Source: a bacterium
GTDB taxonomy: Bacteria > SM23-31
Direction of reading: 5' to 3'
Length of the DNA: 64,000 bases
Assembly (NCBI GenBank): GCA_965249485.1
Contig: OZ252239.1
Location: 3,008,001-3,072,000 of the forward strand
The notes beneath the pieces are model-generated. The model was not told the DNA's origin and ran no database searches. It saw only the letters and a list, made by a program, of their open reading frames with translations. The position numbers were made by a program, and so were the translations under genes. Positions 1 through 10,695 of the stretch are shown in pieces (positions within the stretch are counted from its first letter, which is position 1; each line of letters opens with the position of its first letter).

Positions 1-78
1 TGGGATGAAGCAGAGTTCCATCTATATCAAACAATACCAAAATATTGACATACTCATTCACAATTTAATTCCAGATCT

Positions 79-1434
79 TTAGAGGTCAAACTTACTCATA
101 TTCTGAGAGATCACCATCCCCTGTTTTTCTAATTCCCGAGCGATACTTTTTGTGTTTCCAAGAATTGTTACTACCGCATCTGTATCAGAATAATATTTTT
201 GAGCGGTCTGCAGAACATTATCCTGTGAAACATCAGAAACAGATTCAGAATATTTGTTGATTACACTTTTCGTCAAATTATAGAAATAGAGATTGGCAAT
301 ATATTGTGCAAGACGCTTATTCGTTTCAAGCGAAAAGGGATATAATCCGATTAAATACTGTTTAATTCCAGATAGTTCTTTCATCGGGACTTTCGCCGAC
401 TGGAGATTTCGAATTTCATTAAATATAACATCGACCGCTTCAACTACAGACCCGGTTTTCGTAAATGTGGCGATTACAATAGAGCCGGGATCTTTCAAAA
501 ATGAAGCGTTGCTTCTGATTCCATAGGTCAAACCCCGCTTTACCCGTACTTCGGTCATCAACCTTGAGGTAAAACTCCCCCCAAATAGCGTGTTCGTCAC
601 AATAAGCCGGTAAAATGCCGGATCATTACGTGCAATTCCGACCGTGCCAATTCTAATATGTGCCTGTGTCTGATCAGCTTTGTCAATCAGATAAAATTTC
701 AAACCTGATATTTTAGCTTTGTATGAGACACGTTTTTCTACTTTATCGGAATGATTTAACCGTGAAAATACTTTTCTGGCATGTGAAAGAATTTTCTCAC
801 CCGAAATATCTCCTACAATTGTCAATAATACGGGTGCTTTGGCAATTTTTTTGGTATATGCCTCTGAGACATTCTGTTTTGTGATAGAGCGAATTGATGC
901 CGGATAACCAACTACCGGTATGCCATACGGATGATCTTCAAAAAGGTTGCTTCTGTGTAGCAATGAACATAATTGACCCGGCTCATCCATCAAAGCGGTA
1001 ATTGTGCTGAGAGTTTTTTCCTTGAGCAGTGTAATCTCTTTACTCGCCAAACGGGGATCAAGAACCATTGCGGCCATCATTTCAAGTCCGAGTTCAGCAT
1101 GTTTGGATAGAAATTCTCCTGATATTGTTGTTGATTCGTACCCCGCATATACTGAAATTGATGCACCACGCTCCTCAATAGCAAAAGAGAATTTCTCAGC
1201 GGAGTAGTCCCCTGCACCTTTTTGGAGTGCTTGTGCTGTAATTCTAGCAAGTCCTTCCTTACCGGAAGGATCTTGCGTTGCACCTCCACTAATTATCAGC
1301 TCTATTGAAACAGATGGAAGCATTTTCCGCTCAACAACAAGAGCACGCACTTGCTCGGTAAGTTGAACATCGGTAAATCTATCAAGAGATACTACTTGAT
1401 TATTATCTGTTTTCTTCATTTTTAAATTCTGCAT
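79..1434 (-). CDS. M16 (pitrilysin-like) peptidase, non-catalytic subunit
   Basis: M16 signatures (GKEGLA, HPYG, FGGSFTSRL..EVRVKRGLTYG R/Y pair) with no HxxEH; tandem with the catalytic subunit. Confidence 0.85.
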   Translation of the reverse strand: MQNLKMKKTDNNQVVSLDRFTDVQLTEQVRALVVERKMLPSVSIELIISGGATQDPSGKEGLARITAQALQKGAGDYSAEKFSFAIEERGASISVYAGYESTTISGEFLSKHAELGLEMMAAMVLDPRLASKEITLLKEKTLSTITALMDEPGQLCSLLHRSNLFEDHPYGIPVVGYPASIRSITKQNVSEAYTKKIAKAPVLLTIVGDISGEKILSHARKVFSRLNHSDKVEKRVSYKAKISGLKFYLIDKADQTQAHIRIGTVGIARNDPAFYRLIVTNTLFGGSFTSRLMTEVRVKRGLTYGIRSNASFLKDPGSIVIATFTKTGSVVEAVDVIFNEIRNLQSAKVPMKELSGIKQYLIGLYPFSLETNKRLAQYIANLYFYNLTKSVINKYSESVSDVSQDNVLQTAQKYYSDTDAVVTILGNTKSIARELEKQGMVISQNMSKFDL

Positions 1435-1475
1435 TATTCCGCTGCATTTTATGAACTGTAGGATACTTCACATTT

Positions 1476-2783
1476 TTATTTTATATCCAATTGCACTATA
1501 GTCTTATTTTCAGGCCTGAAATAGGTATTTGCGACACGTTTGATATCATCTTTAGTCACATTTTTATATTCCAGTACAGGTTCTGTTATCTTGTTGAAAT
1601 CTCCAAACAATATTTCTGTCAGTCCTATCCTGTGGGCACGGCCGTTATTGGTCTGAAAACTCGATATAAAATCCGATTCAAGTACATTTTTTGCTCGTTC
1701 AAGATCAGCCTTCCTGATCGATTGATTGCGTATTGCTTTGAGCTCTTTTTCAAGCTGGATTTCACCAGTACGTGATGTTTTACCCGGTTTCATTTGGAAA
1801 TAGAACTCAAAAAGACCTGGATTGATATGCCATGTATAATCACAATGCAGATAGAGAACAATTTCCTGTTTTCGGACTAACGAGCGGTAGAGAATCGAGC
1901 TTTCTCCATCTGCCAAAATTGTCTGCAATACGTCCAACACAAAAACGTCTTTATGGCTGAATTCGGGCACATGGTATCCTATTATAAAATTATGTAACTC
2001 GGCTTTTTTCCTGTAATGCAGTCGCCGTTCACCATTTTGTGCTGGCTCTGAAGTTGTTGGCACAGACGGGATTTTTCCCGATGGAATTGGGCCGTAATAT
2101 TTTTCTATTTGCTTTAATGCTTTGTCGGTGTTAAATGCTCCTGACAGGACTAGAACAGCATTATTCGGAGCATAAAAGTGTTTGTGGTAACGCTTGCAAT
2201 CACCGACGCTGATATTCTTAATATCGGCCATCCATCCGATTATTGGCCACCTGTAAGGATGGCAATGGAAACTTGCAGCATACAATTCTTCTTCAAGACG
2301 CCCATAGACCGAATTATCTGTTCGTAAACGGCGCTCTTCCTTAACCACTTCACGTTCGGATTCAAGCGTTTTGGATGTAATGTTCAACCATCCCATTCTA
2401 TCGGAATCAAGCTCAATCACTTTCTCCAGAAGCGCAGGAGTAAAATCTTCGTAATAAACAGTTAAATCTCTCGAAGTATATGCATTGGACCGACCACCTC
2501 CTGACTCCAAGATTTTGTCAAACTTGTGCGGACCAAAATTTCGAGACCCGTTGAACATCATATGCTCAAAAAGGTGTGAAATTCCTGTAATACCTGGTCG
2601 TTCATTTCGTGATCCAACTTTATACAAAGTATACATGCTTACGACTGGAATGTCGTAATTTTCCATTGTTAGTACCGTCAGGCCATTTGAAAGTACATGG
2701 CGTCTGACCTGAAATCGATTTAATAATGATTTAATCGCCGCCTGAGGAGAAGATATATTACTGTATCCCTTCACAAATTGCAT
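1476..2783 (-). CDS. M16 zinc peptidase, catalytic subunit
   Basis: HLFEH inverted zincin motif, NAYTS, EREVVKEERR, HPYRWPIIG. Confidence 0.92.
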   Translation of the reverse strand: MQFVKGYSNISSPQAAIKSLLNRFQVRRHVLSNGLTVLTMENYDIPVVSMYTLYKVGSRNERPGITGISHLFEHMMFNGSRNFGPHKFDKILESGGGRSNAYTSRDLTVYYEDFTPALLEKVIELDSDRMGWLNITSKTLESEREVVKEERRLRTDNSVYGRLEEELYAASFHCHPYRWPIIGWMADIKNISVGDCKRYHKHFYAPNNAVLVLSGAFNTDKALKQIEKYYGPIPSGKIPSVPTTSEPAQNGERRLHYRKKAELHNFIIGYHVPEFSHKDVFVLDVLQTILADGESSILYRSLVRKQEIVLYLHCDYTWHINPGLFEFYFQMKPGKTSRTGEIQLEKELKAIRNQSIRKADLERAKNVLESDFISSFQTNNGRAHRIGLTEILFGDFNKITEPVLEYKNVTKDDIKRVANTYFRPENKTIVQLDIK

Positions 2784-2921
2784 ATACCGCCTTTAATGCT
2801 GTCCATCCTGAGAGAATTTGGTTAAGAATTAATTATGGGGATAAAATATAAGGAGATTTTTTATTTGATTCAAGGCAATACTGCAAAGACTTTACACCAC
2901 CGCCACTCCTACAAAACAAAA

Positions 2922-5036
2922 CTATTTTCGTTCTATTTCAATTAAATCTGCCTGTTCCATTGCATTTATATAACCTTCCACCGATTCCAATGAAATATCT
3001 TCAGTATCAGGAGTTATCTCATATGCATATTTCCATTCATAATTGCTCGTAGTAACATTACCATATTCAGCCCGAACTGCATTGTATATATCGAGTATGC
3101 TCTTCTCGCCATCGATGAAATTCGGTATTTCAAACTTAGCCAGTAAAGAGAGCTTGACACTCTCGGTTGAAAGAAACTGATTTACTGCACCGCTGCTAAT
3201 CCTATATTCTTCGGAATAGTATGGATATTTATAGCTTGGAATTAACCGGGCAAGCTTCTTTTCTTCATCGGTCAATGATATTTTACGTGGTTGTTCATCC
3301 AATTCTATACATTGTTCTCTGTATATGTAGTGTAATCGGGCAATGTGATTATCCCGGGTTTTATCCAGACCACTTACAAGTGCCTCAACCCGATTTTGAA
3401 CAAATTCATTCTGAGAAAGATCGAATACCGAGCGAACGGAAGCAATCGCTCTTTTAGCAGCCCAGTTTACTTTATTCCGCGCTGATTTATACTGCTCATG
3501 TATTCGTCCATTCTCTAATAGCCGAATACTTTGCCGTGTTACTTCTGCAATCCATTTATCTCCATTCGCAGCACTCTCCCAGGCAAGGTCTTTTGCTTCT
3601 TCTGCCCCAGCTTGAGCAAGATAATAGACCGCTGATGCCCCCATGAATCCAACTCGCTTTAATTCCGTCGGATCGGTAATGCGGGAGCGGTCATCACTTG
3701 TATGATAAAAATTGTCATTCCAATGTCCAAACTGGATCGATGGTATCCCAGCGTACAAAAATTGAATATGATCACTTCCCGAAATAAAAGGGACAACTCT
3801 ATAGTTAAACGGACTGTTATTACCCCATTGTGTCGTTATGTTTGTCTGATCAGTAATCCTGAGAAGGTCGCGAATAAGATCATTGAGATAACTCGGCCGT
3901 GCATCGGGAGTCAGTTTCATGCGGAGATATGAATCAGTCAGTTCCAAATCGGGTCCGGCCATATCGAAATTGATGGCTGCAAGTAGCTCATTCTGTAGAT
4001 TTGGATACTTATACATAAATGCTCTTGTGCCGGCGTGTTCCGGTATCCAAAGGAATCGGATTGTCCGTTTCGGCTGATCGAGAACACCCTGATCAATCAA
4101 AGTTGCCAGTGTTCGGCTTATTTCTAGTGTTGCACCAACACCCGAAGTGTTGTCATGGGCACCGGGAGTTCCGATTCGCTCAAAAGCATGTGCCGAAATA
4201 AGAAACTCTCCTTCTACTTCGCCAGTACCGGGAATTGTCGCAGAAATAACATTCATATTGTAAGGGTATATGGTAGTGCTGACCTGTGCCCGCATTACAA
4301 CTTTTTGTCCTCTATCAAAATAATCCCTGATCTCTTCATATTGCCGCTTCGACAATACGAATCCGAATCCTCCGCCATCTTCAAGAGGACTGACTCTCTG
4401 CCACCCAATTTGATCGAGGCTGTAACCCGGTGCATCGATACCGACTCCCCAACTTCCCGTTCCAAGTACACCAGCTGCCCCCCTGTGCACAACAGCCGAT
4501 TGAAACAATCGGTCAACAGAAGCATTGCCGAATATAATTTTACCTTCAACATCTTTACCTTCATAGTCAGCTGCGTTTCCTGAACCGATATCAATAACTT
4601 CTGATTCTATATTGGAAGATTTGCTGCCTTCTGCAAGTGAAGCCGGTATTTGGTTCAGACTTGCTATTTTCTTTCTGACAGGTTGGACCAGCCAAAGCTC
4701 AGCATTTTCTGCGTCCCAGATTGTACCGGAAGGGAACATATCGACCTGCACGTTGGAGAGACCATACTGTTCAGCATGCTCCACTAAATAATCTGTTTCA
4801 AGAAAAGTATCGAGATACTCTTCCGCCTGTCGGTTTCTGTTGACCGACAGGAATTCCACATGCCTTTGTGCCAGTTCACCGGAATATTCCTGTAGAATCG
4901 CATTCCTCACTTCAGCCGGAACCAGACTCCGGTCAGGAGCAAAAGCATAGAAAAGAATAGAAATAATGACTGTGCTAAAAAATACCATTAATACAGAATA
5001 TCTGATAAAATAATTGCTTCCAAATACCATTTTCAT
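2922..5036 (-). CDS. M28-family aminopeptidase with PA domain, N-terminal membrane anchor/signal
   Basis: AH..., PGAHDNTSG, PE, NFDM, SDH, FYHTSDD motifs; hydrophobic N-terminus. Confidence 0.8.
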   Translation of the reverse strand: MKMVFGSNYFIRYSVLMVFFSTVIISILFYAFAPDRSLVPAEVRNAILQEYSGELAQRHVEFLSVNRNRQAEEYLDTFLETDYLVEHAEQYGLSNVQVDMFPSGTIWDAENAELWLVQPVRKKIASLNQIPASLAEGSKSSNIESEVIDIGSGNAADYEGKDVEGKIIFGNASVDRLFQSAVVHRGAAGVLGTGSWGVGIDAPGYSLDQIGWQRVSPLEDGGGFGFVLSKRQYEEIRDYFDRGQKVVMRAQVSTTIYPYNMNVISATIPGTGEVEGEFLISAHAFERIGTPGAHDNTSGVGATLEISRTLATLIDQGVLDQPKRTIRFLWIPEHAGTRAFMYKYPNLQNELLAAINFDMAGPDLELTDSYLRMKLTPDARPSYLNDLIRDLLRITDQTNITTQWGNNSPFNYRVVPFISGSDHIQFLYAGIPSIQFGHWNDNFYHTSDDRSRITDPTELKRVGFMGASAVYYLAQAGAEEAKDLAWESAANGDKWIAEVTRQSIRLLENGRIHEQYKSARNKVNWAAKRAIASVRSVFDLSQNEFVQNRVEALVSGLDKTRDNHIARLHYIYREQCIELDEQPRKISLTDEEKKLARLIPSYKYPYYSEEYRISSGAVNQFLSTESVKLSLLAKFEIPNFIDGEKSILDIYNAVRAEYGNVTTSNYEWKYAYEITPDTEDISLESVEGYINAMEQADLIEIERK

Positions 5037-5067
5037 TTCTGACCCTTACATGATACTGTACACTGAA

Positions 5068-6165
5068 CTATAATCTCTTTTTCTCAAAATATTTTTGCAT
5101 TGAATCACGGAAATGAGGTGATCCCTGGACTGAATGACCTCGCTTCCACTTCACTAACTCTGCGACAATGCTCACTGCGATTTCTCCTGCTGATTGAGCA
5201 CCTATTTCAAGGCCCAGAGGAGCAAAAACGTGTTTGAGCTGCTCTGCACTTACCCCCCCCTCTACCAGATTGTCGTATGATTTCGTAATCTTTCGTCTAC
5301 TTCCGATCATTCCGATATATCCGGCATCCGTTTTAAGTGCCTGCTCTAGAACAGTTTCATCATAGGAATGTCCCCGCGTAACTATAACCAGAGCCGTTTT
5401 TGCATGTATCAGAAGTTGATTGAAAGATTCCCTGAAATCGGCACATATTGCATTTTCAGCAGATGGGAAACGTTTTTTGGAAACATATTTTAATCGGTCA
5501 TCAACAACATTAACAGAAAATCCTGCCTGATGAGCAATTTCTGCTACAAATTTTGACACATGCCCCCCTCCAAAAAGAACAATCGAATACATTCCTGAAA
5601 CAGGTTCCAATACTATTTCCGAATCATCTATTTGAAAGACAGCCGTATTCCCCGAACGTATAACTTCCTGAGCATGTGTAGTAAGATTTACATCCGCGTG
5701 CGTAAATTCCGCACCGACTACGGTATCTCCGTTATCTGCAATAAGAATTTTTTGAGGTTGACCAGTTCCTGAGGATAAAGTTCCGAGAACTGAATCTTTT
5801 CCCTCAATGCTCCGGTCAATCAGTGTCTTAAAAACAGGAAGCATTCCTATATGGAGCTGCTCAAGCATTATGTCTACTGTTCCGCCACATATCAGTCCCC
5901 CCTCAATATCATCTTCAGTCAGGTTATAACTGCACCGCTTGAGAACGCCTGATTTATATACTTCTTTTGATTCAGTAATAACCTGAGCTTCAACACACCC
6001 GCCGCCGATTGTTCCGACAATATTTGCTCCACCGTCAAGAATGACCATTTTTGATAGCGCGCTTGCAGGTGTCGAGCCCCGGGTCTTTATGATTGTTGCC
6101 AGTACACCAGTGCTCTCATTTTGAACGACAGAGCAAATTTTTCTATATATATTAACAAATGACAT
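5068..6165 (-). CDS. xdhC: XdhC/CoxI family molybdoenzyme accessory protein
   Basis: GSTP, GTIGGGCVE, CGG, FGGGHV, TRGH, YIGMIGSRRK, PLGLEIGA motifs. Confidence 0.9.
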   Translation of the reverse strand: MSFVNIYRKICSVVQNESTGVLATIIKTRGSTPASALSKMVILDGGANIVGTIGGGCVEAQVITESKEVYKSGVLKRCSYNLTEDDIEGGLICGGTVDIMLEQLHIGMLPVFKTLIDRSIEGKDSVLGTLSSGTGQPQKILIADNGDTVVGAEFTHADVNLTTHAQEVIRSGNTAVFQIDDSEIVLEPVSGMYSIVLFGGGHVSKFVAEIAHQAGFSVNVVDDRLKYVSKKRFPSAENAICADFRESFNQLLIHAKTALVIVTRGHSYDETVLEQALKTDAGYIGMIGSRRKITKSYDNLVEGGVSAEQLKHVFAPLGLEIGAQSAGEIAVSIVAELVKWKRGHSVQGSPHFRDSMQKYFEKKRL

Positions 6166-6210
6166 GATATTTTACCACTTACAACTAAGTATGATTATAC
6201 ATAACTATAA

Positions 6211-7065
6211 TTATTCAATAACCTTAAACTCTGATGCTAATCTTTGTTTAATGGGCACAACTATATTTCTGTCCTTAACCTGTCCTGTCATGGAGAGCGC
6301 TTCTTCCCGGTGTCCGGTAATCAGCCTACCGATTTTATAGGCAAATGAATATTTACTGATACCTATTCCTTTACCCTCAAGATCGATAAATACGCCTTCA
6401 AAGATCGATGTCCCACTGAGTGAAATATCAGACTCACCCTGAAAGACCATGCATTCCTGATCCATGATTGTTTCGACACCAATAAATGAGTATTGTGTGA
6501 TAATATCAAGCGATAAGGTCATTTCTGACATCTCAATGGGCACATTACGAACCGATGTCCATGAACCGTTGAGCGGGACAGAATTGTCGGATAACTCAGG
6601 GAAAAAAAGCTGAGATATTGATTCCAAATTGTAATTCAGCTTCTCATTAAAGTCTTCTAAATTTGTAATTGTCGGGTCGACACCTCTATCACTTACAGAT
6701 ATAGTCATTGCTTTATTTTTGAGATTGTCAGTATTAAATGAAAACGGATAGTCACCCTGTATCGTAACAGCAGGATCGCGAAAGAGATATGATACTAATA
6801 TCCTGTTATCATTTATACCCTGAATCTGCTGTATTAACCGTGAAGTCAAACGTTGAGCAGTCTGAGATGTAGTACCTTGCACTTCACTCATTTGCAAACT
6901 TTCTACTGTTAACTCATACTCAACCGGCGTATCAAGTTCCAGCCGATATGACATAAAGATTCCATTTTCAGGTGTTCCAAACGATACTTGCCCTGAAGAA
7001 CAGTTGAAGAATGCAGTACTTACAATGGAGATAAGAGCACAACAACGTAGCATTTTGGAAATCAT
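6211..7065 (-). CDS. hypothetical lipoprotein, beta-rich
   Basis: 284-aa ORF in a co-oriented run; signal peptide ending in Cys (AFFNC). Confidence 0.65.
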   Translation of the reverse strand: MISKMLRCCALISIVSTAFFNCSSGQVSFGTPENGIFMSYRLELDTPVEYELTVESLQMSEVQGTTSQTAQRLTSRLIQQIQGINDNRILVSYLFRDPAVTIQGDYPFSFNTDNLKNKAMTISVSDRGVDPTITNLEDFNEKLNYNLESISQLFFPELSDNSVPLNGSWTSVRNVPIEMSEMTLSLDIITQYSFIGVETIMDQECMVFQGESDISLSGTSIFEGVFIDLEGKGIGISKYSFAYKIGRLITGHREEALSMTGQVKDRNIVVPIKQRLASEFKVIE

Positions 7066-7110
7066 AGAGATTGGAAGAGGTTAATAGTCAACAATTCTAG
7101 AAAAAATTAA

Positions 7111-7521
7111 TCAGGATGCATTACCATTTGAAAGGATATTCTTAATAAGAGCAATGAATTCTTCGATATCCCGGATTGGTTTTTGAACAAATTCGGTTAT
7201 CTGGGCATTTTTTTTGAGATACCCAATTTCTTCTTCGTCAGCATCAAGAGCAGTAAGAATTACTATGGGAATTTCATTATGAGTAATTTGCTTCTCTCTA
7301 TGCCGCAGTTCCTCAAGAATCGCAATCCCTCCGGTCCCGGGCATATTCAAATCGAGAATAATTAAATCGGGAGCCTTTTCAATGATATCATCGACGATTG
7401 ACTCACGCGAATACGTACCAGTTTGAAGAATAAATTCACAGTCAAAACCTTCAAGGATCAACTTCTTTGTAAGAAGTGAAATAACCGGTTGTGAATCCTC
7501 AATTATTAGAATAGTACTCAT
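7111..7521 (-). CDS. stand-alone response regulator receiver (CheY-like)
   Basis: ILIIED, ILDLNMP, LTA, KP motifs intact. Confidence 0.9.
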   Translation of the reverse strand: MSTILIIEDSQPVISLLTKKLILEGFDCEFILQTGTYSRESIVDDIIEKAPDLIILDLNMPGTGGIAILEELRHREKQITHNEIPIVILTALDADEEEIGYLKKNAQITEFVQKPIRDIEEFIALIKNILSNGNAS

Positions 7522-7664
7522 AATTTGTATTGTGAGATACGATAAATTATTTTATGGAAGAAAATAAAATAGAAAGCATGTCACTCAAATGCAATATAAA
7601 AAGAATATAGAGGGGATCAACAATTTAGATAATTATAAATACGGGAAGTGGCAAAACAATTTTA

Positions 7665-8939
7665 TCACACCTGACCACCACAGCGGGATATGATTTTTTC
7701 TCCGAACTTATCCCGGAGAATATCCATGACTGGAAGAACATCACTTTTTCGAAAAGAGTTCTCAAACAAATCGTGCTGGTGCTCATACATACCCTCACTC
7801 TCAACAAGGGGAACGAGTTTAGACACTGAGATACCGAGAAGTCTGACCGCTCTTTTGTTGTTATAAAGATGATGAAATAACATTTTCCCCGCAATATATA
7901 TTTCTTGATCGTCCCAAATCAGTTCAGGAAATGTCTCACGATGAGTATGAGTTTCAAAATCGGCATACCGTAATTTTAGCGTAACTGTCTTGCCACCAAA
8001 TCCTCTCTTTCTCATTCTTCGTCCTACTTTTTGGGATAATTTCAAGAGCATACGAAGCGGCATATCGGGAGTACTCATGTCATGTTGAAAAGTGTGCTCA
8101 TGTCCGATCGACTTTTCATCGATCCGTTTATCAATAGGAACAACTGACGCGGCGCTGTCGCCCATTGCAACTTTTTTAAGGTGTTCGCCATTAACACCGA
8201 AGCACTTTTTTAATCTATTAACCGGATGAACCGCAAGATCCCCTATTGTATATATCCCTATAGAATTCAGTACGGACTCTGTTTTTTCTCCAATTCCCCA
8301 CAACTTACCAACAGAAATAGGAAAGACTTGAGATGCTATTTCCTTTTTATGCAACACAGTTAATCCATCAGGTTTTTGCAGACCAGATGCTAACTTGGCC
8401 ATTATTCTATTCCAGGCTATTCCAACAGTACAGGTCAATTCAAGCGAGTCAACAATCTCCTGTTTCAGCATTTTGGCCAATTGAACTTCATTCTCAAAAT
8501 TGTTTTGCATATTCGAAATATCGAGGTATGCCTCATCAATGCTAACAGGTTCGACAATCGGAGTGTATTTATGGAATATTTCAACGATTTTAATAGCGGT
8601 ACTCGTATACTTTTTCCCGTTTGTTTTCAGATATACTCCATGCGGACATCGCCGTCCTGCTTCAGTTAACCCCATTCCGGAGCAGACACCAAACTGCCGT
8701 GCTTCATACGAGCAGGTTGATACGACTCCTCGTGCTCCTGCCGCCCCCCCGACAATGACTGGTTTCCCTTTCAAATGGGGGTTATCGCGCTGCTCGATTG
8801 CAGCAAAAAAAGCATCCATATCGACATGAAGAATACGTGTTTCATGCTGTTGCGGGACTTGTAGTGTTTTATTCCTCTGTCCTGCTTTGTGAGTTGTTCG
8901 CTGCAGTTTAATGAGTTCTTCAAGCGGGTGCCAGGTCAT
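7665..8939 (-). CDS. dinB: Y-family DNA polymerase (Pol IV-like)
   Basis: HVDMDAFFA, SYEAR, SIDEA, AKLAS..KPDG, WGIG; clamp-like QHDLF near C-terminus. Confidence 0.93.
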   Translation of the reverse strand: MTWHPLEELIKLQRTTHKAGQRNKTLQVPQQHETRILHVDMDAFFAAIEQRDNPHLKGKPVIVGGAAGARGVVSTCSYEARQFGVCSGMGLTEAGRRCPHGVYLKTNGKKYTSTAIKIVEIFHKYTPIVEPVSIDEAYLDISNMQNNFENEVQLAKMLKQEIVDSLELTCTVGIAWNRIMAKLASGLQKPDGLTVLHKKEIASQVFPISVGKLWGIGEKTESVLNSIGIYTIGDLAVHPVNRLKKCFGVNGEHLKKVAMGDSAASVVPIDKRIDEKSIGHEHTFQHDMSTPDMPLRMLLKLSQKVGRRMRKRGFGGKTVTLKLRYADFETHTHRETFPELIWDDQEIYIAGKMLFHHLYNNKRAVRLLGISVSKLVPLVESEGMYEHQHDLFENSFRKSDVLPVMDILRDKFGEKIISRCGGQV

Positions 8940-9089
8940 GGTTAATTTGATGGTAATTATGTTTAATTAAAACTAATTCGGTTAATTAATTATTGATTTT
9001 TACTTTATTTTTCGATCTCATTTCGAGTTCTGAATAGTAAAGAAAACATCTTGGTATGAAATTTCTCCACTTCACCCTGAATTCAATGA

Positions 9090-9119
9090 ATTATTTCAGT
9101 GCTCCGGTCGAAATGTCAA
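9090..9119 (-). promoter_or_regulatory. candidate sigma70 promoter for dinB
   Basis: minus-strand TTGACA (9119-9114), 18-bp spacer, AATAAT (9095-9090). Confidence 0.35.
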
Positions 9120-9163
9120 GATACTATTTGACAGGCACACTTTTATTACCGAAATACACATCT

Positions 9164-9457
9164 TCATCCATCCATGCAAATGCGGGAAAGCTCCCACGAA
9201 AGGTTGCGGAGATTAAAGGTCAGCTCAAAACAGTCGGGGCCATTCACCATGACCGAAAAATGATAAAGACGATTGATCCCCTCATCGCTAACCCATCCCC
9301 CATTTACTTTCGATATCTTATACACCCGCTCGTTCCATCGGAATCGGAGCGGTTTCACCTTGCCGTGCTGAAAGAGGGTAATAACTTCCACCGGCTGAAA
9401 TACATCTTCATACGTCATTGCTGTTGTTCCATACATAACGGTGGATTGTGCTTCCAT
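9164..9457 (-). CDS. small DUF6504-like / ImuB C-terminal-domain-like protein
   Basis: PVEV..P.RFRW...Y.I..V...W...RLYHF.V....FEL...W.L pattern; between lexA and dinB; start uncertain. Confidence 0.65.
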   Translation of the reverse strand: MEAQSTVMYGTTAMTYEDVFQPVEVITLFQHGKVKPLRFRWNERVYKISKVNGGWVSDEGINRLYHFSVMVNGPDCFELTFNLRNLSWELSRICMDG

Positions 9458-9471
9458 ACCGATTACAATTA

Positions 9472-9861
9472 CTACTGAAACTCTCGTTTGATATTCTCAA
9501 ATTCTCTCAACAGCGATTCGTGCTGTTTCCGGAACTCCTCGTCACTCATATCAGAAGCCTGAAACATTGTAAAAAGCACAACGCTTGCTCCACCGGGCAG
9601 CCCCAGAACACGAACCGGAAACACACCCATTGTATCTTTATCAGGTCCTGCAAACATATCGATCACACCGGTCCCGAAGTCCGCTTTTATTTCGAAATAC
9701 ATCTCACCCATTGGAGTTGTAACTTTATAATCCGACTCTTCCGTTTTAAGCTCCCTGCAAAATTCAGTGGCCCATTTTGGCAGGTTTTCTATTGTTGACA
9801 AATACGAAAATACACTGTCCTGTGGTGCGGAAAGTACCAACGATACAGTTCTTGAATTCAT
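9472..9861 (-). CDS. SRPBCC (START/polyketide cyclase-like) family protein
   Basis: SAP.DSVFSYL...ENLPKWA N-terminal signature; C-terminal amphipathic helix. Confidence 0.75.
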   Translation of the reverse strand: MNSRTVSLVLSAPQDSVFSYLSTIENLPKWATEFCRELKTEESDYKVTTPMGEMYFEIKADFGTGVIDMFAGPDKDTMGVFPVRVLGLPGGASVVLFTMFQASDMSDEEFRKQHESLLREFENIKREFQ

Positions 9862-9946
9862 CTATAGATCCTTTCATTGTACTAATTCACAGGTGTTGCT
9901 GCGAGGAATCGTATGCAGTGTCCTGAGGTTATTGTGCATATACACA

Positions 9947-10576
9947 TTACATGCGCCGCATTACACCGATGACTTTACCGGCAACCCGAAAACTGGAAAG
10001 ATCTGTTTCAACTATGATAGGTCCGTATGCAGGGTTTTCGGGTTCGAGACGGATCCGGTCATCTTCCGGGTAGTACCGCTTGACTGTTGCCTCATCACCA
10101 ATAATGGCAACGACAATATCACCGGGAAAATATTGAGAAACCGGTTTACCGAGGACGTAATCGCCGTTAAAAATACCTGCATCTTTCATGCTGTCTCCAC
10201 TCACCGTGAGCGCAAACACACCATCTGCCTGAATAAATGAGGAATCGACTGCGAGATATCCGTCAAGATTCTCTTCTGCAAGCACCGGCGCACCGGCGGC
10301 AACTCTCCCGACAACAGGAAGATAGCGAACGTTCTGCACCGGCCGTTTCTCTTCACCACTCAATGGTGTGAGTTCAATTCCCCGTGCAAGATGCGAATCG
10401 CGGGTAATATACCCCTTTTTTTCAAGGGCATCCATATGGACTTTAACACCATTCGTGGATTTGATTCCAAAACGTGCGGCAACTTCACGAAATGTCGGCG
10501 GACGGCTGTGTTCGGTCATCTCATCACGAATAAATTCAAGGACTTCTTGTTGACGCATCGTTAATCCAATCGTCAT
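9947..10576 (-). CDS. lexA: SOS repressor LexA
   Basis: LT.RQ.EVL, PPT.RE, GRVAAG cleavage site, V.GDSM catalytic Ser, ATVK catalytic Lys. Confidence 0.97.
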   Translation of the reverse strand: MTIGLTMRQQEVLEFIRDEMTEHSRPPTFREVAARFGIKSTNGVKVHMDALEKKGYITRDSHLARGIELTPLSGEEKRPVQNVRYLPVVGRVAAGAPVLAEENLDGYLAVDSSFIQADGVFALTVSGDSMKDAGIFNGDYVLGKPVSQYFPGDIVVAIIGDEATVKRYYPEDDRIRLEPENPAYGPIIVETDLSSFRVAGKVIGVMRRM

Positions 10577-10695
10577 GGTATTTTCCTTTTCAGCTTATGT
10601 GTTATTTGCTATTATCCGGTTTGAGCACCTCTCAAACATCAGGGACAGGCTAAAACTACCTTATGTTCATATAAACAGGTTAACTAACTGCCTAT

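Noticed and set aside
9056..10240. Plus-strand ORFs 9056..9478, 9448..9798, 9767..10240
   Set aside because: Antisense shadows of the better-supported lexA cassette genes
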